Positions 55,061 through 64,000 of a stretch of DNA of 64,000 nt are shown piece by piece. Positions within the stretch are counted from its first letter, which is position 1, and every line of letters begins with the position of its first letter. Source of the DNA: Candidatus Latescibacterota bacterium (lineage in GTDB: Bacteria; Latescibacterota; UBA2968; GCA-2709665); the NCBI GenBank assembly GCA_965248435.1, contig OZ252100.1:416001-480000 (forward strand), in the 5' to 3' direction. A program made the position numbers and the translations under genes. A model generated the notes under the pieces. That model saw only the letters and a program-made list of their open reading frames with translations. It searched no databases and was not told the origin of the DNA.

Positions 55061-56359
55061 TTAAGCCGCGTCACCCTGCTGCTGCGTCAGACTTGTGGCC
55101 AGGAGTACCGCCGGCGCCGCAAGCACCAATGCGACCAAGAACGCTGCGGAATAAGACACGCTTGTAACGAGCCACGCCGCGATCAACGGAGCCAGTACCT
55201 GTGGAAGCATGAAGAGATTCAGGAAGCTCGTGTAGGTCGGTCGACGCCCCGGCGGGGCAATATCCAGCACATAGCTCATCCGCCCCGAGGCGAGGCCGCT
55301 TGTCGCGGAACCCAAAAGAAAAAACGACAGGCAGAAGAAGGTGACCCGAAGGTCGATGGACAGACCGGAGGAGAGATCACGGTCCGGAACAAAAGGAGTC
55401 AACAGTGGTATGACGACAGAAGCCGCCATGACGTAGGACCCATACACGAGTAAGGCCCTGGATCCGTGACGGTGTCCGACGTAGGCCCACAGGATGTTGG
55501 AGCACACCCTGCCGATCTGAACCGTGGCTACGAAGATTCCGACAAAGACCGTTCTGATCCTGAGCACCGAAATCGCGAACGGCACGTAGAACGAGGCGGC
55601 CATCGTCGGCAGCCCCTCGAATGACCGAAACATGCAAAGCCGCCTGTAGTTCGCATCACTCTGCAGCAGACGCAGCAAGCTTGACAGGTAGGGCTTGAGA
55701 GGCATCTTCTCTCTTGTTTTCTGTTCTGTCGGCTCCGAAATCAAGGAAAACAGAAGGGTGGCTGCTGCCATTCCAAGTCCCGCGAGCACGAAAAGGAGGG
55801 CATAGTTGTCCGGAAAGAACAACGCGCTCCGTTCACTGAGGATGTACGAAACCAGGACGCCCCCCAGTACGGCCAGCGAACTCCCCAGAAGCCGCCTGTA
55901 GGCGATCGACCGCGCCCGGATACGAGGGGGAATCGCCTTCCCTATCACGTCCAGCATCGGAACGTTGGCAATACCGATCGCGGTCGTGGTCAGACAATAG
56001 AGCGTCAGGAAACTGGTGATCTTGATGTCGGGCATCCACCCCGGCAGATCGCCGCCCTGAAGAAGGAACGTCGACAGGCCGATCGCAAGCCAAAGCCCCC
56101 CCCTGGCGCCGTTCGCGAACAGGTAGATCGGCTTCTTACGGGCACGGGGTTCTATCCATCGAGACACGAATATCTGAGGACAGACCCACCCCATTCTCAA
56201 CAGCGCCCCCGTCAGCCCGACCATCCAGCTTGAATCGGTGAGGGTTTGGACGTAGGCCGGGACGACCACATCGTGACTGGCGAAACTCGATCCCAGCAAT
56301 ACGAAACCACCGCTGAGGATCACCATTGACGTATTCCGGCTTACCTGTCTCTCATCCAT
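55061..56359 (-). CDS. MFS transporter
   Basis: About 12 TMs; FPDNYALLF, RRPTY motifs; GGAG SD before ATG 56359. Confidence 0.88.
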   Translation of the reverse strand: MDERQVSRNTSMVILSGGFVLLGSSFASHDVVVPAYVQTLTDSSWMVGLTGALLRMGWVCPQIFVSRWIEPRARKKPIYLFANGARGGLWLAIGLSTFLLQGGDLPGWMPDIKITSFLTLYCLTTTAIGIANVPMLDVIGKAIPPRIRARSIAYRRLLGSSLAVLGGVLVSYILSERSALFFPDNYALLFVLAGLGMAAATLLFSLISEPTEQKTREKMPLKPYLSSLLRLLQSDANYRRLCMFRSFEGLPTMAASFYVPFAISVLRIRTVFVGIFVATVQIGRVCSNILWAYVGHRHGSRALLVYGSYVMAASVVIPLLTPFVPDRDLSSGLSIDLRVTFFCLSFFLLGSATSGLASGRMSYVLDIAPPGRRPTYTSFLNLFMLPQVLAPLIAAWLVTSVSYSAAFLVALVLAAPAVLLATSLTQQQGDAA

Positions 56360-56418
56360 CTCTCCTGCAATATCCACAGATGAATTCAAGCTGTGACTCC
56401 AAGAGAGGCTATACTTGA

Positions 56419-56503
56419 CCACGTACGACGGACCGCGGACCGCCAAACCAGAACGATGACGTAATCCTTCCCGCGGTCCACCGTCCGCCGTCTACGGTCG
56501 TGG
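56419..56503. repeat. 7-bp-periodic inverted-repeat element, related to 24186-24268
   Basis: GGACCGCGG/CCGCGGTCC IR, CCAAACCAGAA core, CCGTCCG heptamers. Confidence 0.55.
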
Positions 56504-56519
56504 TGTTCTATCACAGCGA

Positions 56520-58148
56520 CTATATTCCCAACACGTATCCATCCCGTCTCGGGTCCGCGCCCCCCATCAGTGCCCCGCTTCCTTCATCGACCGTAATTCC
56601 TTGCGCGCCTCCAACCACGATTGCAAAGTCCTCCAGAAGGTCGATCTCGTGGCCCTTCTGTTCGAGGCCGTCGCGAACATCCTTTGGAACCCGCCCCTCC
56701 ATCATCACCTTCCTACCAGCATCCATCATCCTGACCCGGGGCGCCTCGATCGCTGCCTGAATGTTCATCTCGTAGTCCAAAAAGTTGGTCAGGAACTGAA
56801 CGCTCGTCTGCTCGATCCCCCAACTGCCCGGGGTGCCCAACGCCGAGACCAGGCGACCCTCCCTGAACACCATCAGGGGCGAGAGGCACATGTCGATCTT
56901 CTTGTGGGATCCGAGGCAGTTCGGGCTCTCGGGAACGCGGTCCGTCCAGTAGAGAAAATTGTTCAGGAACATCCCGGTTTCTCCGAGCATCACACCCGAA
57001 CCGAATCCGCCTCCCACACTCTGCGTGATTGCAACCGCATTCCCCTCCGCGTCGACGACATCGAAGTGCGTCGTACACTCCTTGGTCCACGCCTCGGGCT
57101 GACCCGGACGGACCTCCTCGGCGTTGCGGGAAGCCTCGTACCATTCCCCGCGCCCGAACGCGGCCTGCTTACCGATGTTTGCCCTGCGCTCCTCGGCATA
57201 CGCCTTCGACAGCAGCCCCGAAATCGGTGGATTGTCGGCGGCTGCATATTCAACCCGGTCAGTGTTGGCCAGCTTGATGGCTTCGATAAAGAGGTGCAAG
57301 GCGTCTTCTGTGTGATGTCCCATGTCGGCGAGCGGATACCCTTCTAGGATATTCAGGGTCTCCAGAATCTGAAACCCGGCGCTCGGAGGTGCGGGGCAAA
57401 AGACCTCGTAGCCTCGATAAGGGACCGAAATAGGATCCCCCCATTCCGGTTCGTAGTCCACCATGTCCCGTTCGGTCAGGACGCCCCCTTCCTGCTGCAG
57501 GTACTGAATGACCTCCCGGGCGAGTTCTCCCCGGTAGAAGAGCTCAGCGCCCCCCTCAACGACCCGCCGAAAGGTCCTCCCCAATTCCTTTTGCACGAGG
57601 ATCTCCCCCGGAAGAGGTGCACGACCCTGCGGAAACATCACCCGTTCCCCTTCCCTGTTCACCCTGGGTCTACACGCATCGATAATATGGGAATTCCTGA
57701 CGGTCACCGGAAACCCGTTCTCGGCCAGGTCGATCGCCGGGGCAAAAACGGCCCCCAGGTCGAGGCGGCCATATCTCTGTTGCAGCTCCAGCCACCCGCC
57801 GCACGCGCCAGGCACAAGGCCCGATTTACTGCCCACTCCCTGAGCATCGGCATCAGGAATCGATTCCAAACTGGCTTCGTAAGGTGTATGCGAGCAGTAG
57901 TCCAGGAATCGGACGGCTTTCTGATCTGCAAGATAGACCAGTGCATACCCGTTTCCAGCGATGCCGGAATAGTACGGTTCGACCACGTTCAGGGCGGCCG
58001 CCACACCCACTGCCGCGTCGAAAGCATTGCCTCCCTGAAGCAGAATCCTCGTACCGGCGAGGCAGGCCTGCGGATGGCCGCACGCGACCATGCCTTGTCT
58101 GCCTGTTACCGTCGGTCTGTGCGTTATTCCGTGCGATGAAAACGCCAT
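56520..58148 (-). CDS. ggt: Gamma-glutamyltransferase family protein
   Basis: GGNAFDAA, CTTHFDVVD.EGNAV (Thr nucleophile), GTPG, GADPRRDG. Confidence 0.93.
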   Translation of the reverse strand: MAFSSHGITHRPTVTGRQGMVACGHPQACLAGTRILLQGGNAFDAAVGVAAALNVVEPYYSGIAGNGYALVYLADQKAVRFLDYCSHTPYEASLESIPDADAQGVGSKSGLVPGACGGWLELQQRYGRLDLGAVFAPAIDLAENGFPVTVRNSHIIDACRPRVNREGERVMFPQGRAPLPGEILVQKELGRTFRRVVEGGAELFYRGELAREVIQYLQQEGGVLTERDMVDYEPEWGDPISVPYRGYEVFCPAPPSAGFQILETLNILEGYPLADMGHHTEDALHLFIEAIKLANTDRVEYAAADNPPISGLLSKAYAEERRANIGKQAAFGRGEWYEASRNAEEVRPGQPEAWTKECTTHFDVVDAEGNAVAITQSVGGGFGSGVMLGETGMFLNNFLYWTDRVPESPNCLGSHKKIDMCLSPLMVFREGRLVSALGTPGSWGIEQTSVQFLTNFLDYEMNIQAAIEAPRVRMMDAGRKVMMEGRVPKDVRDGLEQKGHEIDLLEDFAIVVGGAQGITVDEGSGALMGGADPRRDGYVLGI

Positions 58149-58207
58149 ACGTCAATCTCCCGATGAAAAAGAAACGAGCGAAAGGCGGTCTGGATGGAAT
58201 TAGAAAC

Positions 58208-58250
58208 GGCCTCCGGTCTTCCAGGGTGTGCTTCACGTGGACCGGAGGCC
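58208..58250. other. Stem-loop between the cNMP gene and ggt (possible terminator)
   Basis: Perfect 11-bp IR GGCCTCCGGTC/GACCGGAGGCC. Confidence 0.5.
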
Positions 58251-58280
58251 TGAATCATCCCCAGAGGCGGACCGTAGTGC

Positions 58281-58826
58281 CTATCCAGAGGAATCCTCCG
58301 GATAGAGTTCCGATAAGAGCGGGTCGTCCGGCGCGATTTCCGCCAAACGTGCCTTGAGACGATCGGCCTGGTTTCGAAGATCCTGCATCTCCTCGTTCGT
58401 GTCGTAGACCCTGCCATAGAGGACGGTGATCAACTTGACCAGAAGGTGATTCCCCATCTGGGGGTCTTCATCCACAAGCTCCTGAAGCTTGGATGCCTCC
58501 AGCTCAAGAATGGTGGACGGGTCCTGCACGATCACCTTGGATGAGCGCATCTGCCCTGTAAATACGCCCATCTCGCCCAGGATGCGAACCGGTGTCATTT
58601 CGGCAAACTTCTTGCCCTCTGCCGACTCAAGACTCAGTTTGCCTTTCAGAAGAACCACAAGTTTATCGTCTATCGTTCGCGGCTCGCAAAGGACCTCGCC
58701 CGGCTCCGCATCTCGATGAACACAGCTTTCGAGAATGCTCGAAATCTGGGTGTAGTCAAGGTCCTCGAATAGCTCTGTGTCCAGCATGACCTTCGCTAGC
58801 TGGACCCCGCTCGAATGTTCGGACAT
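58281..58826 (-). CDS. Cyclic nucleotide-binding domain protein with C-terminal coiled coil
   Basis: LFEDL, ILGEMGVFTG..RSS cNMP motif; no HTH. Confidence 0.85.
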   Translation of the reverse strand: MSEHSSGVQLAKVMLDTELFEDLDYTQISSILESCVHRDAEPGEVLCEPRTIDDKLVVLLKGKLSLESAEGKKFAEMTPVRILGEMGVFTGQMRSSKVIVQDPSTILELEASKLQELVDEDPQMGNHLLVKLITVLYGRVYDTNEEMQDLRNQADRLKARLAEIAPDDPLLSELYPEDSSG

Positions 58827-58929
58827 CTTGAATCCCTTCGCAATAGAGTGAATAGACAACGAACTGTATAATAATCCGTGACCGCGGGGAAAGCAAGGCC
58901 TTTCGGGTGTGTTTAGACGCCATTTTCTC

Positions 58930-58957
58930 TTGACAATTGACTATTCCAACGTAGGTT
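58930..58957 (+). promoter_or_regulatory. Putative sigma70 promoter of the mgs operon
   Basis: TTGACA-16 nt-TAGGTT. Confidence 0.45.
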
Positions 58958-58989
58958 AGCGATTCGTTTTACAGCGCAAGGAGAAGCCT

Positions 58990-59895
58990 TTGTGCGGCAT
59001 CGTAGGATACCTGGATAAGACCGGAAGCGAGGCAGGGCTAGGAAAGGTCGTGCTCAGGATGTTGGAGCCTCTTGCGCTCAGGGGGCCGGACTCTACGGGG
59101 GTGGCCCTCTTCCAGTCTCCTCGTGACGGCGCCCTTTCTTTGAATATTTCCCTGGGCTCGAACGGCGCTTCGGACGAAAAAAGAACGCGGGTGATAGACA
59201 CCCTCGAAGAGGATGGTGTTCTGCGTGATCAAGATTCAACGTCCGGCTTTTTGCGACTCACGCTGGACGATGAAGGCAGCTCAACCGAACTCGAACGACG
59301 CATCGAGGCACTAGATGACCAGATCGAAGTGATCAGCATTGGGCGATGTCTCGAAGTGCTCAAGCAGGTCGGCTCCCCAAGCGACCTCGATTCTACCTAC
59401 GACATATCTGAAATGACGGGCACGCACGGCATCGGTCACACCCGGATGTCCACGGAATCGAAAGTGGATCTGAGTCACTCGCAACCTTTTTGGGCTCACG
59501 GGTGCCCGGATCTGGCGATCGCGCACAACGGACACATCACGAACTATCACGAACTCCGTCGCCACTACGAACAAGAAGGGAATCGTTTCTACACCGAGAA
59601 CGATTCCGAAGTCATCGGCATTTATATCGGAAATCGACTTTCTGAAGGGATGACGCTCGAGGAAGCGCTCGCTGCATCGGTCAGCGACCTGGACGGTTCG
59701 TTCTCATACGTTGCATCTACCTCCGACGACATCGGATTTGCGAGAGATCCCTTTGCGTTCAAACCGCTCCTGTTCTCTGAGACGGATGAATTCGTAGCCA
59801 TCGCCACCGAGGAAATCGCCATCCGATCTGCCTTCAGCGGCAATTTCGAAGCCGCGGAAGCCCCAGCGGGAGAAGTCAGGACATGGCGGAAATAG
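58990..59895 (+). CDS. mgsA: N-methylglutamate synthase subunit A (class II glutamine amidotransferase, GlxB)
   Basis: MCGIVG, RGPDSTG, GHTRMSTES, HNG.ITNY, TENDSE; operon context. Confidence 0.85.
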   Translation: MCGIVGYLDKTGSEAGLGKVVLRMLEPLALRGPDSTGVALFQSPRDGALSLNISLGSNGASDEKRTRVIDTLEEDGVLRDQDSTSGFLRLTLDDEGSSTELERRIEALDDQIEVISIGRCLEVLKQVGSPSDLDSTYDISEMTGTHGIGHTRMSTESKVDLSHSQPFWAHGCPDLAIAHNGHITNYHELRRHYEQEGNRFYTENDSEVIGIYIGNRLSEGMTLEEALAASVSDLDGSFSYVASTSDDIGFARDPFAFKPLLFSETDEFVAIATEEIAIRSAFSGNFEAAEAPAGEVRTWRK

Positions 59896-60587
59896 TCTGC
59901 AAAGACAAGACGACGCGCGAGATCAACCGCGCCATTCGGCGCCTTGCCGGCGAGGGGACGCAACAGATTCGGTTAACCAGTCCAGGCGCGAGGCACAACT
60001 TGGGCGTGGCTGTCCTGGATGCCACCCATCTCACCGTTGACGGCAGCGTCGGATATTACTGCGCCGGGATGGTGGACGGTCCAACAGTCGAAATCAAAGG
60101 CAGCGCCGGTTGGGGCCTCGCAGAGTCCATGATATCGGGCACCGTGATCGTGCACGGGAACGCCGGGAACGGCGCGGGCGCCGCGATCCGGAGCGGGACG
60201 CTTGTCATCCACGGGGACGCAGCAGCTCGCCTCGGTGTATCGATGAAAGGCGGGCAGATCCTCGTCGAGGGAAACTGTGGATACATGGCTGGATTCATGG
60301 GGCAAAAGGGCACGATTATCGTCTGTGGAGACACCGGCGCGGCATTTGCAGACTCCATGTACGAGACGGTATGTTTCGTCGGTGGAAAGATCGGTGAACT
60401 CGGAAACGATGCGGTGATCGAGGAACCGAGCGAAGGAGAGAGATCGTCCCTCAGTGAAACCCTGTCGCGTCATCTATCAGAAACCATCCCTGATCCCGAT
60501 GCCCTCCCTTTCAAGAAGGTCGTTTCGGGACGTAAGCTCTGGAATTTCGACAAGCACGAACGCGCCCTTTGGCGTGAAGCACTATAA
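59883..60587 (+). CDS. mgsB: N-methylglutamate synthase subunit B (GXGXG / GlxC)
   Basis: GxxG beta-helix repeats, SMKG, FMGQKG, DSMYE, SGRKLWNF. Confidence 0.88.
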   Translation: MAEIVCKDKTTREINRAIRRLAGEGTQQIRLTSPGARHNLGVAVLDATHLTVDGSVGYYCAGMVDGPTVEIKGSAGWGLAESMISGTVIVHGNAGNGAGAAIRSGTLVIHGDAAARLGVSMKGGQILVEGNCGYMAGFMGQKGTIIVCGDTGAAFADSMYETVCFVGGKIGELGNDAVIEEPSEGERSSLSETLSRHLSETIPDPDALPFKKVVSGRKLWNFDKHERALWREAL

Positions 60588-60680
60588 ACCGTGGATCGTC
60601 GTTCGTCGTACGATGATCGGGGACCGGTTCGGTCGACTGGTTTTGTAGAGACGGATAGCTGAATTCAGAAACGCAAACAG

Positions 60681-62030
60681 ATGAGCAAACGCGACGACAC
60701 AGGTCCCCTGAGGACAAGCGGTACGTTTACGCCGGAAGTCATCGAAGACATTCAGGTCAAGTCTGACCTGGGACGCTACCGGATTCGTGGATTCGGCACC
60801 CTGCGGGAAAGGCGATGGGCGACGCTGGACGATCTCACCTTCATCCCCTGTAGTCTCACAAGGATCCCACTCGAAGGTTATCGCGAGCGGTGCACCACGA
60901 AAACGCTTCTGGGTACCCGTTTTGCCGAAAGGCCGATTGAGCTCGACACTCCGATCATGATTACAGGCATGAGTTGGGGTGCACTTTCCTACAACGCCAA
61001 GGTCGCCCTTGCAAAAGGGGCGAACATGGTGGGCTCTTCGAACACAACGGGAGACGGCGGCATGCTGAAGGCGGAACGCGAGGAGAGCAAGAGCCTCATC
61101 TACGAAGTGCTGCCCTCGCGATACGGAATGAGCGTTCACGATCTCCGGATAGCGGATGGGATCGAATTGACGATCGGACAGGGCGCAAAACCAGGCACAG
61201 GAGGCCTGCTCCTGGACGCCAAGGTCCTGGGCGATGTTGCCCTGCAGCGCGATCTTCCGCTGGGGGTAGACCAACGAAGTCCGGCCAGACATCCCGACTT
61301 CCTCGGACCCGATGACATGATCATCAAGATCGAAGAACTCCGGGAAGCAACAGACTGGCAGGTGCCGATCTTCGTCAAGATGGGGGCGACGCGAGTCTTC
61401 GATGATGTCAGGCTTGCGGTGAAGGCGGGTGCGGACGTCGTCGTCGTGGACGGCATGGAAGGGGGAACGGGTGCGTCCGCCGAGATCTCACAGGAGCATA
61501 CCGGCATCCCAACTCTGGCTGCCGTATGCGAAGCGCGAGCCGCACTCGAGGACATCGGCATGTACGGCAAAGTCCAGCTGATTATCGCTGGCGGCATCCG
61601 AAATGGCGTGGACGCGGCCAAGGCCATGGCACTGGGCGCGGATGCGATCTACATCGGTACTGCGGCCCTGATCGCTCTCAACTGCAACAAGGCGCTGTAC
61701 GTTGAAGACTACCACGAGCTGGGTACGGAGCCCTACCACTGTCACCATTGTCACACGGGCCGCTGTCCCGTCGGCATCACGACCCAGGATCCCGATCTGA
61801 TGCAGCGGCTCGAGATTGAAAGTGGCGCGGATCGCGTGGCGAATCTGCTTCAGGCCATGACATCAGAGATCCAGCTCCTGGCCAGGGCGTGCGGAAAGGC
61901 AAACGTCCACGACCTGGACCCCGAAGACCTGCGCGCGTTGACCCTGGAGGCTTCCGCAACCTGCGGCATCCCTCTTGCAGGCACCAACCGGATTTTCGGT
62001 GGGGGACCGGGATGGAGGGAATCCCACTGA
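60681..62030 (+). CDS. mgsC: N-methylglutamate synthase subunit C (FMN-binding glutamate synthase family, GlxD)
   Basis: PLEGYRE.C, GMSWGAL, GQGAKPG.GG, DQRS..RHPD..GPDD, CHTGRCP.GITTQDP. Confidence 0.9.
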   Translation: MSKRDDTGPLRTSGTFTPEVIEDIQVKSDLGRYRIRGFGTLRERRWATLDDLTFIPCSLTRIPLEGYRERCTTKTLLGTRFAERPIELDTPIMITGMSWGALSYNAKVALAKGANMVGSSNTTGDGGMLKAEREESKSLIYEVLPSRYGMSVHDLRIADGIELTIGQGAKPGTGGLLLDAKVLGDVALQRDLPLGVDQRSPARHPDFLGPDDMIIKIEELREATDWQVPIFVKMGATRVFDDVRLAVKAGADVVVVDGMEGGTGASAEISQEHTGIPTLAAVCEARAALEDIGMYGKVQLIIAGGIRNGVDAAKAMALGADAIYIGTAALIALNCNKALYVEDYHELGTEPYHCHHCHTGRCPVGITTQDPDLMQRLEIESGADRVANLLQAMTSEIQLLARACGKANVHDLDPEDLRALTLEASATCGIPLAGTNRIFGGGPGWRESH

Positions 62031-62077
62031 GAATCTGTGTCCCCCAGCCGACGTTTACGCGTTGAGGCTTCAGGAAT

Positions 62078-63316
62078 ATGTCGTTCAAGCTTATTCGGCA
62101 GGCCTTTAACGGGCAGCGGGCGCTGCCACGGATGTGGCGAAAGCATGCCCTGAAAGATCGATACGAAGTCGTGATCATCGGTGGGGGTGCGCACGGCCTC
62201 GCCTGCGCCTACTATCTGGCGAAGGATCACGGCATCACAGACGTCGCGGTGTTGGAAAGGCGTTACATCGGTTCGGGAGGGAGCGGACGCAACACGGCGA
62301 TCGTCAGAAGCAACTACCTCACGCCGGAAGGCGTCCACTTCTACAACGAGAGCGTAAAACTCTATGAGCAGATGGCCCTTGAGCTCGACTTTAACGTGAT
62401 GTTCAGTCAGAGGGGCCACATCACCCTCGCTCACACCGATGGCTCTGTAAACACCATGCGCCGCAGGGCCGAGGTCAACCGCCTCCAGGGCGTGAATTCA
62501 AGCCTGATCTGGCCGGACGAAATTGCCCGCCTCTGCCCCAGCCTGGATGTGAGCGACCATCCCCGCTATCCCGTGCTCGCCGGACTCTACCACCCTCCGG
62601 GTGGCATCATTCGTCATGATGCGGTGGTGTGGGCATACGCGCACCACGCCGATCGATTCGGCGCCCACATCCACCAGGAGACAGCGGTCACCGGCATCCA
62701 GGTTCAAAACGGCAAACTGTCCGGGGTGTCCACGACGCAGGGCTTCATCGAGGCGGGGACTGTGCTGAACGCGACAGCGGGCTGGGGATCTACGATCGCA
62801 GAGATGGCCCAGGTCTCTCTGCCACTCGTTACCTATCCCCTTCAGGCCTGCGTGACCGAATCGCTCAAACCTTTCCTGGATGTTGTTATCGTGTCCGGGA
62901 GCCTGCACGTCTACATCAGCCAGTCCGACCGGGGTGAGCTGGTGATGGGCGCCAGTGTAGACCCGTTCTCGTCCTACTCGATGGACTCTTCTCTGCTCTT
63001 CCTGGAGGACATCGCCGGGCATACCCTGGAGCTCTTTCCAGCCCTGAGCCAGGTCCGGATCCTCAGGCAGTGGGCAGGTCTCTGCGATATGACACCCGAC
63101 TTCAGCCCGATCATGGGGTTCACGCCGGTCGAAGGGTTCCTTGTAGACGTCGGCTGGGGCACCTACGGATTCAAGGCCTCCCCGATCTGCGGCAAGACCC
63201 TCGCCGAAACCATCGCCACGGGTAGAACCCCGGATCTGATCGCCCCCTTCAGACTGTCGAGATTCGTGGAAGGGGACCTCGTGGGCGAAAAGGGCGCCGC
63301 ATCCGTCGGACATTGA
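62078..63316 (+). CDS. soxB: Sarcosine oxidase beta subunit-like / N-methylglutamate dehydrogenase subunit A
   Basis: IIGGGAHGLA.AYYLA, GRNTAIVRSNY, RHDAV.W.YA, GWGTYGFKA. Confidence 0.92.
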   Translation: MSFKLIRQAFNGQRALPRMWRKHALKDRYEVVIIGGGAHGLACAYYLAKDHGITDVAVLERRYIGSGGSGRNTAIVRSNYLTPEGVHFYNESVKLYEQMALELDFNVMFSQRGHITLAHTDGSVNTMRRRAEVNRLQGVNSSLIWPDEIARLCPSLDVSDHPRYPVLAGLYHPPGGIIRHDAVVWAYAHHADRFGAHIHQETAVTGIQVQNGKLSGVSTTQGFIEAGTVLNATAGWGSTIAEMAQVSLPLVTYPLQACVTESLKPFLDVVIVSGSLHVYISQSDRGELVMGASVDPFSSYSMDSSLLFLEDIAGHTLELFPALSQVRILRQWAGLCDMTPDFSPIMGFTPVEGFLVDVGWGTYGFKASPICGKTLAETIATGRTPDLIAPFRLSRFVEGDLVGEKGAASVGH

Positions 63317-63486
63317 GGCCGTATCTCGTATTTCGTATTTCGGGTGATCCTATCGGGGGGAATGCATCTAAGACGTCTCGAAATTGAGAGTGCAAGTCGA
63401 TTACGGCTCCCGGTACCTGTGTCTTGTTTTCCCGGTACCCGGTTTTGCGATCCACGAACAACGATTCACGATCGACGGGTTTCCCC

Positions 63487-63765
63487 ATGTTGATCCTGAC
63501 CTGCCCAAATTGCGGTGAACGAAACGTGAGCGAATTTCGATTCGGAGGCGAATACGCCCCACGTCCATCCGACCCTTCAGCCCCAACAGACGAGGCGTGG
63601 GCGGACTATCTGTATATGCGCGAAAACAGATTGGGCCAGCAAACAGAATGGTGGTATCACCACGCGGGTTGTGGGCTCTGGTTTCTGGCCGAAAGACATA
63701 CGAAAACAAACGAAGTGACTCGGACCTATCTATGGAAATCCGATTCCGTGTCGAAAGAGGCCTAA
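63487..63765 (+). CDS. soxD: Sarcosine oxidase delta subunit / MgdB
   Basis: CPNCG.R..EF..GGE, W..YLY.R.N..G...E.W.H..GC. Confidence 0.92.
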   Translation: MLILTCPNCGERNVSEFRFGGEYAPRPSDPSAPTDEAWADYLYMRENRLGQQTEWWYHHAGCGLWFLAERHTKTNEVTRTYLWKSDSVSKEA

Positions 63766-64000
63766 TTGCGATCCGTTGACGAGATCGAAACGGCCCCCTA
63801 CCGCCTGTCTCGCCAGAACGAGGAGGTAATCGACCGATCAAGAAGCGTCGCGTTCACCTTTAGCGGACGAAACTTCTCGGCCCACCCCGGAGACACGATC
63901 GCTTCTGCCCTGGCCGCATCCGGAGTCAAGGTATTCAGCCGATCCTTCAAATATCACCGGCCTCGCGGCCTGCTCTGCTGTGCCGGGCACTGCCCTAACT
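63766..64000 (+). CDS. soxA: Sarcosine oxidase alpha subunit / MgdC, 5' part (runs off window)
   Basis: TTG directly after the soxD stop; IDRS....FTF.G....H.GDTIASAL.A.G....SRSFKYHRPRG. Confidence 0.9.
   Translation, partial: MRSVDEIETAPYRLSRQNEEVIDRSRSVAFTFSGRNFSAHPGDTIASALAASGVKVFSRSFKYHRPRGLLCCAGHCPN

Noticed and set aside
60681-62030. Canonical glutamate synthase GltB, and the CHHCH string as a heme site
   Set aside because: Three-gene split with a sox cluster indicates MgsABC; the Cys residues belong to the Fe-S binding segment of a cytoplasmic enzyme.
1-64000. tRNA, rRNA, integrase, transposase or prophage genes
   Set aside because: No cloverleaf, rRNA-like sequence or recombinase/transposase motifs recognised.

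Overview
A GC-rich bacterial chromosomal window, mostly core metabolism. Paired 'DFxxDxxVDFxDF' dockerin/EF-hand tails, a cohesin plus FlgD-Ig/T9SS-type C-terminal protein, CehA/McbA hydrolases, a DUF5916 protein and purH-mreB synteny suggest an FCB-group lineage such as Latescibacterota (inference). Recognisable loci are: a lysine riboswitch followed by asd; purN-purC-purH(IMP cyclohydrolase half only)-mreB-mreC; ccsA-sirC-hemA-hemC-cobA/hemD; anmK; an orphan flgC with a sigma54 promoter; tandem CehA/McbA paralogs (one frameshifted); and an N-methylglutamate operon (mgsABC plus soxBDA/mgd). The most notable region is a tight four-gene minus-strand operon at 6297-11024. It encodes a secreted temptin-like domain carrying a CxxCH motif fused to Ig and dockerin domains, an outer-membrane beta-barrel, a 14-heme cytochrome c, and a lipoprotein with non-canonical CX3CH/CX4CH motifs. 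This is a candidate new type of porin-cytochrome conduit, and it is preceded by an unrecognised ~115-nt structured RNA. Also noted: a candidate sRNA beside an HTH-pentapeptide gene, small or CTG-started ORFs missed by the ORF track, and families of 7-bp-periodic intergenic repeats. No tRNA, rRNA, CRISPR array or transposase was found. All family assignments come from motif recognition by eye, not from database searches.
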